A DNA stretch of 64,000 nt from an uncultured Alphaproteobacteria bacterium. GTDB lineage: Bacteria > Pseudomonadota > Alphaproteobacteria > Rs-D84. Positions 1 through 9,859 of this stretch are shown piece by piece (positions within the stretch are counted from its first letter, which is position 1; each line of letters opens with the position of its first letter). A program made the translations under genes and the position numbers. The notes below the pieces were generated by a model, which worked only from the letters and a program-made list of their open reading frames with translations, did not search any database and was not told the origin of the DNA. The stretch is taken from positions 41,890 through 105,889 of the forward strand of contig CAMHTQ010000004.1 of the NCBI GenBank assembly GCA_946188105.1, read 5' to 3'.

Positions 1-1
1 C

Positions 2-1834
2 TCTATTGACGAGGCCGTCGCTGGTTTCGCCAAAAAAATCACTGTAAATTTAATAAATTCTAAAACAATTGAAATTACCGATGACGGTCGTGGAATTCCT
101 GTGGACGAACACCCAAAATATCCGGGTAAATCCGCACTAGAGGTTATTTTAACCACTCTGCACTCTGGCGGTAAATTTAATAATAATGTTTATAAAACAT
201 CTGGTGGTTTGCATGGTGTGGGTTCTGCGGTTGTGAACGCACTGTCATCTGAAATGATTGTAACTGTATCGCGTGACGGATATGAATGGCACCAAACATT
301 TTCACGTGGCAAGGTAACATCCCCAATCGAACGTGGTGTGGCTACAAAAAATCATGGGACAAAAATCCGTTTCACATTAGATGACGAAATTTTTGGTGAA
401 AATGCTGTATTCAAACCAATTAAAATTTATCGTATGGCACGTGCAAAATCATTTTTATCACGTGGCATAAAAATCGATTGGATTTGCAATCCTCAAATTT
501 TGACCGAGGATATGAACATCCCGGCACAAACAACATTCTATTATCCAAACGGTGTGTCTGATTTCTTGGCTGAAAAAACAGATTCCAAACCACGTATTTT
601 GCCACGCATGTTTTCTGGCTCTTTAGATTTCCCAGATGATTCTGGTCGTGTTGAATGGGCATTGACATTTTTAACTGATGAAAATGGTGCGGCATCTGAC
701 GATGGATTTTTCGCATCATATTGTAATACCATTGCAACCGTTGACGGTGGCACACATGAAAGTGGATTTAAATCTGCAATCACACGTGGAATCAAGGCAT
801 ATGGTGAAAAAACAAATAACAAAGCGGCCGCCACAATCGTCAGTGATGACGTTTTCGATTCGGTTGCCGCAATTGTTTCTGTATTTTACAAAACACCACA
901 ATTCTTGGGTCAGACCAAGGAAAAATTATCCAACCCTGAAATTGCACGTTATGTTGAAAATGTTTTACGCGACCCATGGGAAATGTTTTTGGCATCTGAT
1001 CCAAAAACATCAAATGCGTTATTGTCATTCATAATCAATTTGGCAAACGCACGTATTAAAACAAAACAGGTCAAAGATATCGCACGCAAAACACCTACGA
1101 AAAGAATTCGTATGCCTGCAAAATTGGCTGACTGTTCCAAGCATGGTGTCGAAGGAACCGAGTTATTTATTGTCGAGGGGGAATCTGCTGGTGGAACCGC
1201 AAAACAGGCACGCGATCGTGCAACCCAGGCAATTATGCCCTTGCGTGGTAAAGTGTTAAACGTGTTATCAAATTCAGATGAACGTTTCAGTGCGAATCGT
1301 GAATTAAATGATTTGATTGATATTATTGGTGCGGGCACTGCAAAAGATTGGAACGAAGACAAACTGCGTTATGAAAAAATTATTGTCATGACCGATGCTG
1401 ACGTCGACGGCAGTCATATCGCATCATTACTGATGGCATTTTTCTATCAGTATATGCCACAATTGATTTATGGCGGACATTTGTATTTATCATGCCCACC
1501 ATTGTATAAATTCACATGTGGCACAGAATCGTTCTATGTTGATTCTGATGAAGAATTAGAAGAATTAAAGAACGACAAATACAAAAATAAAAAAGTAGAA
1601 ATCTCACGATTCAAAGGTTTGGGTGAAATGATGCCGAATCAGTTAAAAGAAACTACGATGTCACCCAAGACACGTCGTTTAATCAGGATTGAATTACCAC
1701 CAAAAACAGACGAAGGTGCCGAGGATACAGAAAAAACACGCACAATCGTAACCGAATTGATGGGTAAAAAGCCCGAGTTCCGTTTCAAGTTTATTACCGA
1801 ACACGCCCAATTCGTAAAAGATTTATTTGTGTAA
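2..1834 (+). CDS. parE: DNA topoisomerase IV subunit B (ParE). GyrB is possible but the length favours ParE. 5' partial: the frame is open to the window start.
   Basis: The frame is open from nt 2 (..SIDEAVAGF..IEITDDGRGIPVDEHP..), which is the GyrB/ParE ATPase N-terminal motif. TOPRIM motifs EGDSAGG-like (EGESAGG) and a DxD..D-like stretch are present, and the protein ends near 640 aa. Confidence 0.85.
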   Translation, partial: SIDEAVAGFAKKITVNLINSKTIEITDDGRGIPVDEHPKYPGKSALEVILTTLHSGGKFNNNVYKTSGGLHGVGSAVVNALSSEMIVTVSRDGYEWHQTFSRGKVTSPIERGVATKNHGTKIRFTLDDEIFGENAVFKPIKIYRMARAKSFLSRGIKIDWICNPQILTEDMNIPAQTTFYYPNGVSDFLAEKTDSKPRILPRMFSGSLDFPDDSGRVEWALTFLTDENGAASDDGFFASYCNTIATVDGGTHESGFKSAITRGIKAYGEKTNNKAAATIVSDDVFDSVAAIVSVFYKTPQFLGQTKEKLSNPEIARYVENVLRDPWEMFLASDPKTSNALLSFIINLANARIKTKQVKDIARKTPTKRIRMPAKLADCSKHGVEGTELFIVEGESAGGTAKQARDRATQAIMPLRGKVLNVLSNSDERFSANRELNDLIDIIGAGTAKDWNEDKLRYEKIIVMTDADVDGSHIASLLMAFFYQYMPQLIYGGHLYLSCPPLYKFTCGTESFYVDSDEELEELKNDKYKNKKVEISRFKGLGEMMPNQLKETTMSPKTRRLIRIELPPKTDEGAEDTEKTRTIVTELMGKKPEFRFKFITEHAQFVKDLFV

Positions 1835-1851
1835 AAAATCTTTATAAAAAA

Positions 1852-1872
1852 ATGCCCATCGGGCATTTTTTT
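1852..1872. terminator. Rho-independent terminator, bidirectional between convergent parE and dnaA
   Basis: Hairpin atgcccatcgggcat followed by a T-run and preceded by an A-run. Confidence 0.6.
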
Positions 1873-1881
1873 CAACCTTGA

Positions 1882-3147
1882 TTATTTACATTCTGCAATC
1901 AATTGACTAATTTGTGCAGATAAAACCAAATCTGTTTCTTTTAATTTTTCAATTTGTTTAATTGAATACATAACTGTTGCATGATCACGATTGCCAACAT
2001 ATTGACCGATTTCTGACAAAGACAAACGTGTTGAATTTTTCAAAACAACCATAATGATTTGACGAGCCAACACCAATGCACGTGCACGACCACTGCCACA
2101 GATTGCATCGTATGCGACACCTAATTTTTCACAAATAGATTTTACCATTGCAATTGGTGTTTTGAATTTTTCCAATGTATCTGATAACAAATGTTCTGCT
2201 GTATCTAATGTGACATTGCAACCCATCAATTCTGTATATGTTTTGATTTTGTTTGCAACCCCAGCAACCATATGTCCATCACATGCAATACGATTCGCCA
2301 AAGCATCAGCAACATCAGATTTAACCCCAGCACGAATCAACATTGTACGTTTTACCATTGCATTTGGTGCTGTAATATCTGCGACCAAACCAGATGCCAA
2401 CAATGATTGAGCATGACGATCAAAACCTGTTAAATTATTTGGTGCCGCACTGGATGTCAAAACAATGTTTTTACCGGCATTACGTAATTCTATAACCAAC
2501 TGTAAAAATTCATCCATAACAACACGTTTACCTGCCAATGCCTGAACATCATCTAAAATAAATGTATCACAATTACGACAATAATCTTTGAAAGCGAAAA
2601 TGGTATGCTTTTGCAAATTACGAATCAATTCAGAAACAAATTGGCCACCTGTCATCATAACCACATTTTTCGATTCGGATTTAATGCAATTTGCCAACAA
2701 TGTTTTTCCACAACCCGCAGGACCATAGATAAACAATGGAGAAAAAGAAACGGCAGCCGAAGCAATCTTTTTCGCTGCCGATAAAACAAATGCATTTTCT
2801 TCAGATGGTATGAATGCATCAAATGCAACAGATTCACAAACATCATTTATTGCAGGTGCATATGATTGAACATTATTATCATTTGCAATAGATGTCACCG
2901 CATTACCACGAACTATTACTAATTCCAAACCGAATTCCGCAGCAACATCTTTTAACAATGTTCCATAAACACCAGAAATGTAATCCAAAGAAAATTGATT
3001 TTCAGCAGTTAATACTAATACTTTATCAGAAATTTCAAACTTTAATGGGGCAATCCAAGAAGTAAAGGCCGCACAATCCATCCGCTCTGCAATCATATCT
3101 TTGATTGTCGCGATGCTTGTGTTTTGTTTTACTGATACTGCCTGCAT
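1882..3147 (-). CDS. dnaA: Chromosomal replication initiator protein DnaA
   Basis: AAA+ Walker A GPAGCGKT, an ..FILDDVQ.. box, and a C-terminal DNA-binding domain (..LSEIGQYVGNRDHATVMYSIKQIE..) typical of DnaA. Confidence 0.85.
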   Translation of the reverse strand: MQAVSVKQNTSIATIKDMIAERMDCAAFTSWIAPLKFEISDKVLVLTAENQFSLDYISGVYGTLLKDVAAEFGLELVIVRGNAVTSIANDNNVQSYAPAINDVCESVAFDAFIPSEENAFVLSAAKKIASAAVSFSPLFIYGPAGCGKTLLANCIKSESKNVVMMTGGQFVSELIRNLQKHTIFAFKDYCRNCDTFILDDVQALAGKRVVMDEFLQLVIELRNAGKNIVLTSSAAPNNLTGFDRHAQSLLASGLVADITAPNAMVKRTMLIRAGVKSDVADALANRIACDGHMVAGVANKIKTYTELMGCNVTLDTAEHLLSDTLEKFKTPIAMVKSICEKLGVAYDAICGSGRARALVLARQIIMVVLKNSTRLSLSEIGQYVGNRDHATVMYSIKQIEKLKETDLVLSAQISQLIAECK

Positions 3148-3228
3148 GCCGTTTCTCCTTTCCTTCCTTCAAAAGAGTTTCCTGCCCGCCCGAGAGTATA
3201 AAAACCACCTGCATATACGCATTAAACA

Positions 3229-3237
3229 TTATCCACA
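3229..3237. promoter_or_regulatory. Perfect consensus DnaA box (TTATCCACA) 82 bp upstream of the dnaA start
   Basis: Exact 9-mer ttatccaca in the dnaA-dprA intergenic region. This position is typical of dnaA autoregulation. Confidence 0.6.
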
Positions 3238-3460
3238 TTTGCGAACAACATTTAACTTTTATGCCCACCTACTTTTTATATTTACTCTCTCGTCTTTGGT
3301 TTTTGTTTCTCTATCGTTTTTACACAACACAATTTAGAATATAAATTATGCTTTTCAACAAAATCTTAACAATTTTTTAATCTTTTATTTTTTGACAACG
3401 ATTCGGTTTTTACCCCAGATTTGTGCCTTGTGTATAGACACTGTATATACAAGATTTTAA

Positions 3461-4486
3461 TCACACACGCACATAACCATTATTTGTTTTTCGCACTAAA
3501 CCGCGTAATTCTAAAACAACCAAATCGCGTTTGATTTCCGAAATCGTTTTTTTGACAACCTGTGCCAATACAGATTCAGAAACCGGAACTGAACCCAATG
3601 CATCCAACAACAAATTTTCACTTTCAGTATTTTTATCTGTTGCCAATTTATTTTTTCCAGTGTTATCAACCACTTCAAAAAAATCCCCTGCCCCAGAACA
3701 TAATTTTGCAACACCTTTTGCGATTAAACTGTTTGGTCCAGCCGAACGTGCATCCGACGGATGACTGGGAATTGCCCACAATTCTCGGCTAAAATCCAAT
3801 GCAAATTGAGCCGTTCTCATACTGCCAGATTTTAAATCTGCCTCGCTTAAAATTATTTTTTGTGAAATTCCAGCAATCCAACGATTTCTTTGAACAAAAT
3901 TTGCAGCCCTGGGGATAAATCCGATTGGCATTTCGCTGACCACCGCACCACGTTCAATAATTTCCCAATATAACGATTCGTTTTCCACAGGCCATATATA
4001 ATCAACACCACCGCCCAACACCGCAATTGTTTGAACATTTCCATTTGCACGTAATGCACCTTTGTGTGCCGCAGTATCCGTTCCAATCGCCATTCCAGAT
4101 ACAACCGCCACAGAATGTTTTGCAAATGTTTCTGCGATATCACTGACTAATTTCATACCAACCGCGGTTGCATGACGCGTTCCAACAATTCCAACACAAG
4201 AATGTGATAACACATCTAAATTTCCACGAACAGATATAATTGGTGGATGCCCTTTGATATTTTTCAAACTGACTGGATATAAATCCGAATCATCACATAC
4301 AAAATGAATTCCTAATTTATTTGCCGTATCTATTTCACGCAACACAGAATCCATCAAAGAAACATCATGACGCAAACTATCTGCAGCAGATTCCACAGAA
4401 CCAAATTGCCGAATCAATTTTTCATAACCAACCGGCCCAACTCCAGGCGAACGCAAAATCAACAATTTATCAATCAATTCAGACAT
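3461..4486 (-). CDS. dprA: DNA processing protein DprA (Smf)
   Basis: Rossmann-like DprA core (..VGIVGTRHATAVG..VVSGMAIGTDTAAHKGAL..) and a C-terminal winged-helix region. Confidence 0.85.
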   Translation of the reverse strand: MSELIDKLLILRSPGVGPVGYEKLIRQFGSVESAADSLRHDVSLMDSVLREIDTANKLGIHFVCDDSDLYPVSLKNIKGHPPIISVRGNLDVLSHSCVGIVGTRHATAVGMKLVSDIAETFAKHSVAVVSGMAIGTDTAAHKGALRANGNVQTIAVLGGGVDYIWPVENESLYWEIIERGAVVSEMPIGFIPRAANFVQRNRWIAGISQKIILSEADLKSGSMRTAQFALDFSRELWAIPSHPSDARSAGPNSLIAKGVAKLCSGAGDFFEVVDNTGKNKLATDKNTESENLLLDALGSVPVSESVLAQVVKKTISEIKRDLVVLELRGLVRKTNNGYVRV

Positions 4487-4597
4487 CTTTTATCCATACT
4501 TTTATTTGCAAAATACAATACCTAAAAATTCTTTTCAACCATAAAAAAAGTCCCTAAAATTTAAGGGACTTTAAAAAACACATTTAACAAAATGCGA

Positions 4598-5407
4598 TTA
4601 AAATGCACTTATTAAATTTTTATATTTATCTTCGTTGCATTCTTGTGCATTTGTATTTTCACAAAACTTTTTCAAATCAGCAACATCCGCAACAAAAGCA
4701 TCATATTCTGTTTTATCTTTTTCTTTCAATTCGTTTCCTTTGGCTTGGTACCATTCAACAGAATATTCAGCATATTGTTTTTGTCCTTGCAAACCGCCCA
4801 AACCATCGATATTAGACAATGCCTTGTTACCAAACCATTCCATTGCACCAACACCAATTCCGGCACCACCAACCGCACCCGCTATTGTTCCTAATGTACG
4901 TGCAGTTTTTTTAGCCTCTAAAATACGTTTTTTCATTTTATCTTTATCAACCCAACTGCCACAAGTAATTGCCTGACCCCACTCAAAATATTGTTTTTGA
5001 ATATCAGACACATTTATACGATTATCATCAGAACGCATTTCAACCAACACAAAACAAACATTATTTTCAGGATGTTCGACATCTTCGATCATCGAAGCAT
5101 AATTTGATGTATTACTATCTTTGGCAGCCCAAACAAATGTATTATTCATACCAATATTATTACTTAAACAAGCTGTTTTTTCTTTATCACGATTTACCAA
5201 TGTCGCAGTATCAGGATTATCATCAACCACCGCAACTTTCGCAGCACCAGTTTTATTTACACCACCAACATTGCTTCTGGCCGACGTTGCACCAACATGT
5301 GTTGCAACGACACCGACTCTGGCAGCACCAGAATTTCCCATACGACCAGCACAAAAAGCAGGAAAAACAAATAAAGATACCACGAAAAAAATGAAAACTC
5401 TCTTCAT
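4598..5407 (-). CDS. Secreted hypothetical protein with a glycine-zipper segment
   Basis: N-terminal signal peptide (MKRVFIFFVVSLFVFPAFCA). Glycine-zipper GTIAGAVGGAGIGVGA. I recognise no family. Confidence 0.5.
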   Translation of the reverse strand: MKRVFIFFVVSLFVFPAFCAGRMGNSGAARVGVVATHVGATSARSNVGGVNKTGAAKVAVVDDNPDTATLVNRDKEKTACLSNNIGMNNTFVWAAKDSNTSNYASMIEDVEHPENNVCFVLVEMRSDDNRINVSDIQKQYFEWGQAITCGSWVDKDKMKKRILEAKKTARTLGTIAGAVGGAGIGVGAMEWFGNKALSNIDGLGGLQGQKQYAEYSVEWYQAKGNELKEKDKTEYDAFVADVADLKKFCENTNAQECNEDKYKNLISAF

Positions 5408-5495
5408 AATAACTCCACTATTTCATGCCTTGCATTATATCACAAAACGGGATAAAAACCAAGAGAATTCATACTCACCCATTAAAACAAACGGG

Positions 5496-6083
5496 CTATT
5501 TTTTCCATTTCCATTCGATTTTTGATTCTGTTCCATTTAATAAACGAACTATATTATCTTTGTGTCTGATGCAACATAATACAGATATTGCCAAAAATGC
5601 CAAACCAATATTCCACGACATAACGAACCCAAATATGGGCAGCAAACAAAATACAACAACCGCCCCCAAAGAAGATTTTCCAGATGTCAATGCAACAATT
5701 AACCATTCAATTCCACATACAACAAATAAAATAGGATTAACTGCTAATAAAACACCAAACAAAGATGAAATCCCTTTGCCCCCATGGAATTTTAACCATA
5801 CAGGGAAACAATGTCCCACAATCGCAAAAAATCCACACCAAGCACCAAATCCAATGCCAGCAATCCAACATCCCAGATACACCGCGATAATGGCCTTTAA
5901 CATATCCAATATCCAAACAATACCAGCCATACGCAATCCACCGACACGCATAACATTAGTCGCACCAATATTTCCACTGCCGACTTTACGCAAATCACCA
6001 CGTCCCATTAACTTGGTAAAAATCAATCCCATAGGGACACTTCCAAGCATATATGCAACCAAAACGATAAAAAAGTACAACAT
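5496..6083 (-). CDS. plsY: Glycerol-3-phosphate acyltransferase PlsY
   Basis: Multi-TM protein carrying the PlsY signature GSGNIGATNV and ..HCFPVWLKFHGGKG.. Confidence 0.9.
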   Translation of the reverse strand: MLYFFIVLVAYMLGSVPMGLIFTKLMGRGDLRKVGSGNIGATNVMRVGGLRMAGIVWILDMLKAIIAVYLGCWIAGIGFGAWCGFFAIVGHCFPVWLKFHGGKGISSLFGVLLAVNPILFVVCGIEWLIVALTSGKSSLGAVVVFCLLPIFGFVMSWNIGLAFLAISVLCCIRHKDNIVRLLNGTESKIEWKWKK

Positions 6084-6158
6084 TTTGAAATTTTCCTTGA
6101 TTTTCTATTTGTTTTATATAAAATAACATAAACACATAAAAAATAAAAGGAAAATAAA

Positions 6159-6419
6159 GTGGCAAATCATAAGTCATCTAAAAAAAGAATTTTGGTTACA
6201 ATCAAAAAGAATGCAATTAACACCGCTCGTCGCAGTGCTGTTAAAACAGAAACAAAAAAAGCATTGGCTGCTATCGCAACTGGTGACAAGGCCGTTGCAA
6301 CTGCTGCTGTACGTTCTGCTGAAAGCAAAATTATGAAAGCAGCTGGCAAAGTTATGCCAAAAAAACGTGCTGCCCGCAAGGTTTCACGTTTGGCAAAAAA
6401 AGCTGCCAAGATTGCTTAA
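6159..6419 (+). CDS. rpsT: 30S ribosomal protein S20
   Basis: MANHKSSKKR.. basic 86-aa protein, the classic S20 N-terminus. Confidence 0.9.
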   Translation: MANHKSSKKRILVTIKKNAINTARRSAVKTETKKALAAIATGDKAVATAAVRSAESKIMKAAGKVMPKKRAARKVSRLAKKAAKIA

Positions 6420-6440
6420 CCAAAACCAGATTAAAAAATT

Positions 6441-6469
6441 ACTCGCAATTTTTTGCGAGTATTTTTTTT
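6441..6469 (+). terminator. Rho-independent terminator after rpsT
   Basis: Hairpin actcgcaa-tttt-ttgcgagt followed by a T-run. Confidence 0.6.
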
Positions 6470-6530
6470 ATATATATACTCTTGAGGAATCCACCATTTT
6501 ATGCTATATAGATATCAAAGGATATAAACA

Positions 6531-7463
6531 ATGACGGATTTAGATGAAGAATTATTCTTTTGTGTTATAAAAAATCAACCAATCAAAATACTTCAAACAC
6601 TTTTAGACATGGGTGCAAATATTAATGCCCGCGATGAAAATAGTTGCACACCGCTATTTTATGCAGGATCTGCAAAAACCATAAAGTTTTTAATCGATAA
6701 TGGTGCTGATGCAAAAGTAAAAAACGAAGCAAACATGACACCATTATTCATAGCAAAATCCCCAGAATGTGCACAAATACTTATCGATAATGGTGCTGAT
6801 GTTAATGCTATTGCTAAAACTGGCGAATCCGCATTATTTTGGGCAACAAACACTGATGTTGCAAAAACACTGCTTGATAATGGTGCAAACATTAACATTA
6901 TCGATGAATATGGATCCACAGTATTACATAAAAAAGCAATACACGATGAAAATTACGATATTGTAAAATTACTGATTGAACATGGTGCAAATGTTAATGC
7001 CCAAGATACACCAGAAAGAAATACACCATTACATAACACAACATCACCCAGAATCGCCCAATTACTAATTGATAATGGTGCAAATGTTAATATAAAAAAT
7101 AAATTTAATGCAACACCATTATATTGGACATACAACCCCCAGGTTGCACAAATATTGATTAATAATGGTGCCAATGTAAATGAAAAAACAATTGGTGATG
7201 ACACACCATTACATCATGCCGATAAACAAATGGCAATGGTATTAATTAAAAATAAAGCTGATGTAAACGCAAAAAACAAACTAAAACAAACACCACTGCA
7301 TCATGCATGCATGGATGAAAATTTGGATGTTATAAAATTATTAGTAAAAAATGGTGCTGATATAAATGCCCAAGATAAAAATGGCATAACACCTTTTGGG
7401 TTTGCTAAAGAAACAGGAAACAAAAAAATAATTACATACCTGAAATCACTAGGTTCGAAATAA
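6531..7463 (+). CDS. Ankyrin-repeat protein, a candidate host-interaction effector
   Basis: At least eight tandem ~33-aa ANK repeats (..TPLH.A......V..LI.NGADVNA..). Confidence 0.85.
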   Translation: MTDLDEELFFCVIKNQPIKILQTLLDMGANINARDENSCTPLFYAGSAKTIKFLIDNGADAKVKNEANMTPLFIAKSPECAQILIDNGADVNAIAKTGESALFWATNTDVAKTLLDNGANINIIDEYGSTVLHKKAIHDENYDIVKLLIEHGANVNAQDTPERNTPLHNTTSPRIAQLLIDNGANVNIKNKFNATPLYWTYNPQVAQILINNGANVNEKTIGDDTPLHHADKQMAMVLIKNKADVNAKNKLKQTPLHHACMDENLDVIKLLVKNGADINAQDKNGITPFGFAKETGNKKIITYLKSLGSK

Positions 7464-7492
7464 AAAACTCGGGAACATTTCCCGAATTTTTT
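7462..7492. terminator. Bidirectional rho-independent terminator
   Basis: A-run, hairpin tcgggaa-cat-ttcccga, then T-run, lying between convergent genes. Confidence 0.55.
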
Positions 7493-7502
7493 ATTACTAC
7501 TT

Positions 7503-8081
7503 TTACTTACTTATACATTGTTGCTTATATTGTTTTATACAATTTTGACGCATTTCAACCTGAGCAAACAAATCTTGTCTGGATGCATGATTTAATCTGG
7601 ATACTTCACTTAAATCAGCTTCATTCAGGTTTGACATAAACAAACATTTACCTTCATCTACATTTTCAATATGAGCAACTGCAAATTTATTCAGTTTATG
7701 AAAATGCATATGATTTTGTGGGAACAATGTTAATACAGGTTCGCCAGTGGCTTTATCTAAATATTCAACGATTGTAGATCTTAACTTTTCACTCATAACT
7801 GGTTTCAATTTATCAAATGCATATACCATTTGTGTTGCCCCAGGATTAGGAAATGTTGTTCCACGCATCCAATCGCCCTCTTTTTGTTGTGGCGCACCAT
7901 TTAATGTTATAACAGATATCGGTGTACAAGGACACTCTGAAAACAAAGATAAATCTGCCATAATATTGTTTAACTTAACAACATATGTATTTTTCTTTTT
8001 ATGTGTTGGCCCAAATGTTCTTTTTGGTTGAACATTTTCAACAGCATTACCTTTAACATCTTTCTTAGCGAATAAACTCAT
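7503..8081 (-). CDS. Hypothetical protein with no signal peptide, encoded 121 bp downstream of the secretin gene
   Basis: 192-aa ORF on the same strand as the secretin. I recognise no family. Confidence 0.45.
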   Translation of the reverse strand: MSLFAKKDVKGNAVENVQPKRTFGPTHKKKNTYVVKLNNIMADLSLFSECPCTPISVITLNGAPQQKEGDWMRGTTFPNPGATQMVYAFDKLKPVMSEKLRSTIVEYLDKATGEPVLTLFPQNHMHFHKLNKFAVAHIENVDEGKCLFMSNLNEADLSEVSRLNHASRQDLFAQVEMRQNCIKQYKQQCISK

Positions 8082-8202
8082 ATCGGCCTCCTTGATTAAT
8101 TACACAATATATTATAGACAAATATTTTATATTGTCAATACTTATATTCCAATAAAAAAATCCGGGCATAACACCCGGATTCTCATTTTCCATAAAAACT
8201 GT

Positions 8203-9852
8203 TTAATTTAATGGAGCCCCCCAATTTTGTTGGATACTGCGTTCTGCATCCAATGGACTGATTAAAACTTGTGGTGTCAATATAACAACCAACACATCAC
8301 GTCCTGACGATGTTGAACGAGAACCTGACAATGCCATGAAATCAGGATCGCCTAAACCATAACGTGTGTCATTATTCTTTTGCTTTTCAAATCCAGACAC
8401 AACCAACATTTGACCAGATTCCATAATCACTTCTTGCATAAAGCTACGTTCTTCCACTTCGGGTAACTGTAATGTAACCTCGCCAATTGTCTGGGTTGAC
8501 ATCTTGATCAATTCACGAACAGACATTCTGAACAACAGCAAGATTTTGCCATTTTCCAAAACATTTGGTAACAACTGCATTGAAAAACCTGTCTGCAAAT
8601 CCGCCTGGTCAACGGTACTGGATTCCACAGTTGTAAAGTTACGTGATTCAAAACGTTTAATATATCCAGTTGATGTCATATTGCTAACTGGGGCAACACG
8701 ATTATTACGGGTTGTCACACCAACGTTTGTAACCAATGACACCTTACCCTGCTTTGCCAATGCCTCAATCAATCCAGCACTGCCAGCACCACGTGCCAAC
8801 GAGCCGTTCATAATTTGATCATTGGTATATGCACCATTAACCACACTGCCATTTTCTGTATGTGTCGCACCCGTTGTCGCAGACAATGCATTTGACAACA
8901 CCGCGATATTCATCGAACTGGCACCTGCCGCAGCCAAGTTATTCTTTGGATTTGCAACGATATTCAAACCCGATGTAGAATTAATAGCCGCAGCCAAATT
9001 CAAACCGAAAGCAGAATCATTAGATATAGAAACCTGCAACACCTTAACATCAATTGTTACCAATTGAGACAAACGTTTATTTTGCTTTTCTACATAATCA
9101 CTGATACGAGCCAACACAGATGGAGGTGCCGTTGCGGTAATTGTTCCCAAACTGCGAGAAACGGTAAATCCAGAATTTTCAGCCTTGCCTACGATTGCGG
9201 TCAATGCCTTTTCAACCTCGTCCCATTCCTTCATTGTGGATTCCAACACAACCTGGCCAGAGTTATCTGCCTGGACAGCTGTTTGATAAGAAATATCTGT
9301 TCCCAACGCATACAATGTAAATGTTCTTGTTTCTGTTTCATAGAACACAATGGCATTTTTATCATAATACCATAACAAATCTAAATCAGTCGCAACCTGA
9401 GACAACAAACCAGATAACTTGCCAGTATAGGCGACATTAATTGTTTTCTTTAACTTTTCACTATTAATTTGCTTATCAATTTTAACCGGAATTCTGGTTA
9501 CATTGTTTATGTTATTTGCCAAAACCTGCAAAGTTACAGGTTCATCCATTACAATTGTAATTCCAGTATCTGTTTCAAACTGGGCTGGCAAATTATTTTT
9601 ATGTTCCAAAGAGATTGATTTATTACCCAACCAAACACCCTCGGACATAGAAACCGTATCCCCACTTGCAACCTTGGCACGTGGATTTTTGGCCATTTCA
9701 AAAGCATCATATGCATTAACAAAATCCTGATCCACAGTCGATGCAACCTTTGCCGATTGTTCACGTGCACAGCCCGACACCAATGTACACAAACAGACAA
9801 TCATTAATATCTTTGTTAATAATCTCATATTCACTCTCCTAACTGTGGACAC
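8203..9852 (-). CDS. Lipoprotein secretin of the type IV pilus / type IVb family (PilN, TcpC, BfpB or MshL-like)
   Basis: Lipobox LVSGC after a signal peptide. The probable true start is the internal Met at 9828. The C-terminal secretin domain reads ..LQLPEVEERSF.QEV.MESGQMLVVSGF...GLGDPDFMALSG....RDVLVVILTPQVL. Confidence 0.75.
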   Translation of the reverse strand: MSTVRRVNMRLLTKILMIVCLCTLVSGCAREQSAKVASTVDQDFVNAYDAFEMAKNPRAKVASGDTVSMSEGVWLGNKSISLEHKNNLPAQFETDTGITIVMDEPVTLQVLANNINNVTRIPVKIDKQINSEKLKKTINVAYTGKLSGLLSQVATDLDLLWYYDKNAIVFYETETRTFTLYALGTDISYQTAVQADNSGQVVLESTMKEWDEVEKALTAIVGKAENSGFTVSRSLGTITATAPPSVLARISDYVEKQNKRLSQLVTIDVKVLQVSISNDSAFGLNLAAAINSTSGLNIVANPKNNLAAAGASSMNIAVLSNALSATTGATHTENGSVVNGAYTNDQIMNGSLARGAGSAGLIEALAKQGKVSLVTNVGVTTRNNRVAPVSNMTSTGYIKRFESRNFTTVESSTVDQADLQTGFSMQLLPNVLENGKILLLFRMSVRELIKMSTQTIGEVTLQLPEVEERSFMQEVIMESGQMLVVSGFEKQKNNDTRYGLGDPDFMALSGSRSTSSGRDVLVVILTPQVLISPLDAERSIQQNWGAPLN

Positions 9853-9859
9853 AGTTTAA

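Noticed and set aside
420-1362. Multiple ORF-track ORFs nested inside or antisense to parE (420-755, 541-834, 678-1034, 949-1362, etc.). Similar nested ORFs lie inside gatA, gatB, FtsK, RecJ, the P-type ATPase, ThrS and GltX.
   Set aside because: They overlap long, well-supported coding frames with clear family motifs. They have odd compositions (His/Gln-rich or low-complexity) typical of off-frame translation of AT-rich DNA.
3148-3460. Calling this region the chromosomal origin (oriC).
   Set aside because: Only one consensus DnaA box was found, and alphaproteobacterial origins are often not dnaA-adjacent. The better interpretation is a dnaA promoter with an autoregulatory box.
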